The notes under the pieces: generated by a model | What the model saw: only the letters and a program-made list of their open reading frames with translations | What the model was told of the DNA's origin: nothing | The model's database searches: none | Program-made: the position numbers and the translations under genes | Assembly (NCBI GenBank): GCA_013151355.1 | Contig: JAADIL010000042.1 | Location: 1-37,008 of the forward strand | DNA from: Gammaproteobacteria bacterium | GTDB taxonomy: Bacteria; Pseudomonadota; Gammaproteobacteria; SZUA-152 | Direction: 5' to 3' | Length of the DNA stretch: 37,008 nt | Part shown: positions 36,197-37,008 of the stretch, in pieces | Layout of the letters: each line of letters opens with the position of its first letter | Numbering within the stretch: position 1 is the first letter of the stretch

Positions 36197-37008
36197 TCAG
36201 GGCAACAGGATATCACGCGCCAGCAGACTTTCGACCTTGCGGCCGAAACTGGTCAAGCCTTTTAATTCCAGCTGAAACCAGATGGAATCACTCAAATCTT
36301 CATCCGCTGCATTCACCCGGTAACTGCGTTGTACGATGCGCATCGACCAGCAGCAGCTTTCGTACTCGATGCCCTTGAGGGTTTCCAGTGTAGTGTGGTC
36401 TCGGGTAGAACGCAGCCAGCGACCCACAACACGCCAGCGCTGGCTGATAGGCCAGATACCGGCCACATCCACTTGGCGCAGTTTTTCACGGTCAAAACGA
36501 TAACCCAGCCGTAATACCCGTTTCCGGTTTTGATAACGCCAACTCGCTGTGGCACGCGCCAGCTCGCTGGCTTTGCTGTCCCACTGCAAACTGCTGCGTA
36601 CACGGGTGTTTGCCGTCCACTGACTTTTCAGTTCAGCCAGCCAGTGCGAGGCTGTGTCGGTTTCTGGTGCCGCTCCGGGCAGGGTGACCTCACGATCCTG
36701 AAAGTAAAAGATACGACCCAAACTGGCACTCAACAGTTCCCGCCCCTGTGCATCCAGAAACCGTGTGGTCAACGCGGTGCTCAGTTGATTGGCATCGCCC
36801 ACGCGGTCTGCACCGTTAAACCGGTTTTCCCGGAACAAGCGGTCAAAACCGAATAATGGCAGGCTGCTGTCAAACACCCGGGAAACACCGGCCTCGTCCA
36901 CAATCAAATCCGCCTGCTCTTTTTTGGGGACATATAAATAAAAGAGTCTTGGCTCCAACGTCTGCCGCACGGCACGCCCGCTGGCGGATAAATCCCGTTC
37001 AAAAATCA
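36197..37008 (-). CDS. lptD: LPS assembly protein LptD, C-terminal part (start lies beyond the window)
   Basis: QTLEPRLFYLYVP, LFRENRFNGADRVGDANQ, EYESCCW, FQLELKGL; upstream of surA. Confidence 0.96.
   Translation of the reverse strand, partial: IFERDLSASGRAVRQTLEPRLFYLYVPKKEQADLIVDEAGVSRVFDSSLPLFGFDRLFRENRFNGADRVGDANQLSTALTTRFLDAQGRELLSASLGRIFYFQDREVTLPGAAPETDTASHWLAELKSQWTANTRVRSSLQWDSKASELARATASWRYQNRKRVLRLGYRFDREKLRQVDVAGIWPISQRWRVVGRWLRSTRDHTTLETLKGIEYESCCWSMRIVQRSYRVNAADEDLSDSIWFQLELKGLTSFGRKVESLLARDILLP

Noticed and set aside
36032-36265. 77-aa plus-strand ORF between surA and lptD
   Set aside because: Spans REP DNA and overlaps the lptD 3' end in antisense; no coding evidence.

Overview
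Chromosomal segment of a Gammaproteobacterium, probably a marine or sulfur-oxidizing lineage (inferred from the rpoN-hpf-ptsN-hprK-rapZ-EIIA(Man)-HPr order, an exported CPPFC-type rhodanese and a DsrC/TusE-family remnant). Left: core block ubiC-ubiA-yrbG-kdsD-kdsC-lptCAB-rpoN-PTS(Ntr)-mgtE. Right (minus strand): lptD(partial)-surA-pdxA-rsmA-YdcF/ElyC-like. The middle ~19 kb is accessory. It holds a NUDIX hydrolase, an EAL-HDOD protein behind a sigma28-type promoter, an orphan hydantoinase/oxoprolinase A subunit, a globin-coupled diguanylate cyclase, hemW, a Cdd1-like gene plus FetAB-like ABC pair, an atypical HemN-like radical SAM enzyme followed by a GCS2-type carboxylate-amine ligase and an M14 metallopeptidase, exported proteins and an AT-rich serine hydrolase. 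The most striking unannotated signal is in the intergenic DNA. At least five kinds of short non-autonomous element ends occur (two kinds with clean target-site duplications), often enclosing GTAG-, CGTC- or CAGAG-type palindromic repeats, including one three-layer nest. No transposase, CRISPR array, rRNA or tRNA gene was seen. A frameshifted TusE/DsrC-like pseudogene and a truncated YciI-like gene are hidden from the ORF track. All calls are from reading the sequence; no searches were run.
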